Program-made: the position numbers and the translations under genes | The notes under the pieces: model-generated | What the model was told of the DNA's origin: nothing | Databases searched by the model: none | The model's input: only the letters and a program-made list of their open reading frames with translations | Part shown: positions 29,791 through 32,000 of the stretch, one piece after another | How the letters are laid out: each line of letters begins with the position of its first letter | Numbering within the stretch: position 1 is the first letter of the stretch | From: Candidatus Saccharimonadota bacterium | GTDB lineage: Bacteria > Patescibacteriota > Gracilibacteria > BD1-5 > UBA6164 | Reading direction: 5' to 3' | Assembly (NCBI GenBank): GCA_965229705.1 | Contig: OZ245922.1 | Coordinates: 870,001 to 902,000, forward strand | DNA length: 32,000 bases

Positions 29791-29835
29791 CCTTTTACTC
29801 CCCTCTCCTTTGAGAGAGATATGGGGTAAGGTTCT

Positions 29836-29926
29836 GGAAAGGTGGCAGAGTGGTTGAATGCGCACCCCTGCTAAGGGTGTGTACCGAATTTCGGTACCGA
29901 GGGTTCGAATCCCTCTCTTTCCGCCA
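29836..29926 (+). tRNA. tRNA-Ser (GCU), long variable arm, CCA encoded.
   Basis: GGAAAGGTGGCAGAGTGGTTGAATGC.., anticodon stem CACCC/GGGTG, loop CTGCTAA, T-arm GAGGG-TTCGAAT-CCCTC. Confidence 0.88.
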
Positions 29927-30007
29927 TTGAAATCGCAAGGCGATTTCCAGATATAAAGTTAAAAGTTTTTTATATATAATACTTTTACTTTTTTCTTGCT
30001 ACTATTT

Positions 30008-30083
30008 GGGTCTGTAGCTCAGGGGTTAGAGCAGTCGGCTCATAACCGATTGGCCGTTGGTTCAATTCCAACCAGGCCCACCA
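30008..30083 (+). tRNA. Elongator tRNA with CAU anticodon (Ile2-lysidine type or Met), CCA encoded.
   Basis: GGGTCTGTAGCTCAGGGGTTAGAGCAGTCGGCTCATAACCGATTGGCC.. From memory this resembles E. coli ileX through the anticodon arm; not decisive. Confidence 0.8.
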
Positions 30084-30264
30084 TTCTTCATGTTACTATG
30101 AGCTAGGAATGGTATGTCAGTATACCTTCTACAAGCTTTGTTATCGAAGAAACTACGTCATCTGAGTCTGAAGTGTATCCTATTAAATATTACGAGAGGA
30201 TAAGCAAAAATACTCTTTACATAAATAAAGGAATACCTTTTTGAGAAAAAAGTAGTAAATTGTT

Positions 30265-30292
30265 TTGACAAAGAGGCCTCGACTTATAGAAT
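30265..30292 (+). promoter_or_regulatory. rRNA operon promoter.
   Basis: Consensus TTGACA (30265-70), 16-nt spacer, TAGAAT (30287-92), GC-rich discriminator GAGCCGGC. Lies about 140 nt upstream of the 16S 5' end. Confidence 0.65.
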
Positions 30293-30430
30293 GAGCCGGC
30301 TTTCAAATCGGAAGGCGCAAAAATTGCTCTTTAAAATAAGCAGAATATTAGAAAAAAGTGACACTAAGTGCTTTGGAAAAAACTTAAAAAATCAAAGTCC
30401 TATATTGTAGTATATAATGTAGGCATTACG

Positions 30431-31905
<1,475 letters not shown>

Positions 31906-32000
31906 TATTTTTCCTGAAAAGCACAAAGTTCCTTTTTTCTAATATCTTGTTTATTTTGTTCCTTAGCATAATCTGATCAGTCAAAGTTAATTAACTTTAA

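Overview
Low-GC (about 35%) bacterial chromosome segment that is only coherent if UGA is read as glycine (translation table 25, as in the Gracilibacteria / Absconditabacteria-SR1 candidate-phyla-radiation lineages). In-frame TGA falls on invariant glycines in GyrB, RF1, NadK, LysRS, Obg, Era, CTP synthase and a P-loop ATPase, so the standard-code ORF track is badly fragmented. I re-derived gene models by hand with TGA=Gly. Contents: housekeeping genes (lysS, nadK, era, obg, prfA, pyrG, gyrB); a DsbA-like oxidoreductase; a PiT-like permease; HD and HAD hydrolases; four type II toxin-antitoxin pairs; several orphan proteins; 8 tRNAs in three clusters; and a 16S rRNA gene with its promoter. No transposase, integrase or CRISPR array is visible. 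The most unusual signal is at three tRNA genes: tRNA-CAU at 13.9 kb, tRNA-Asn at 29.2 kb and tRNA-Ser(UGA) at 29.6 kb. Each is followed by 1-3 tandem copies of a short non-coding, structure-rich unit (168, 102 and 106 bp). Each unit ends by re-creating that tRNA's own 3' part from the T-loop to CCA. The Asn and Ser units share a 33-nt module whose 5' flank co-varies with the host tRNA T-stem. This resembles arrays of miniature tRNA-targeting integrative elements and/or co-transcribed structured RNAs. Other items: a roughly 96-nt structured repeat present twice with a compensatory change; duplicated terminator-promoter-operator blocks in front of two different TA operons; a LysRS with a roughly 150-aa C-terminal DUF2000/PTH2-like extension; in-frame TAA codons in otherwise intact ORFs; and a non-canonical 16S anti-SD tail. 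All coordinates and translations were derived by eye and need computational confirmation.
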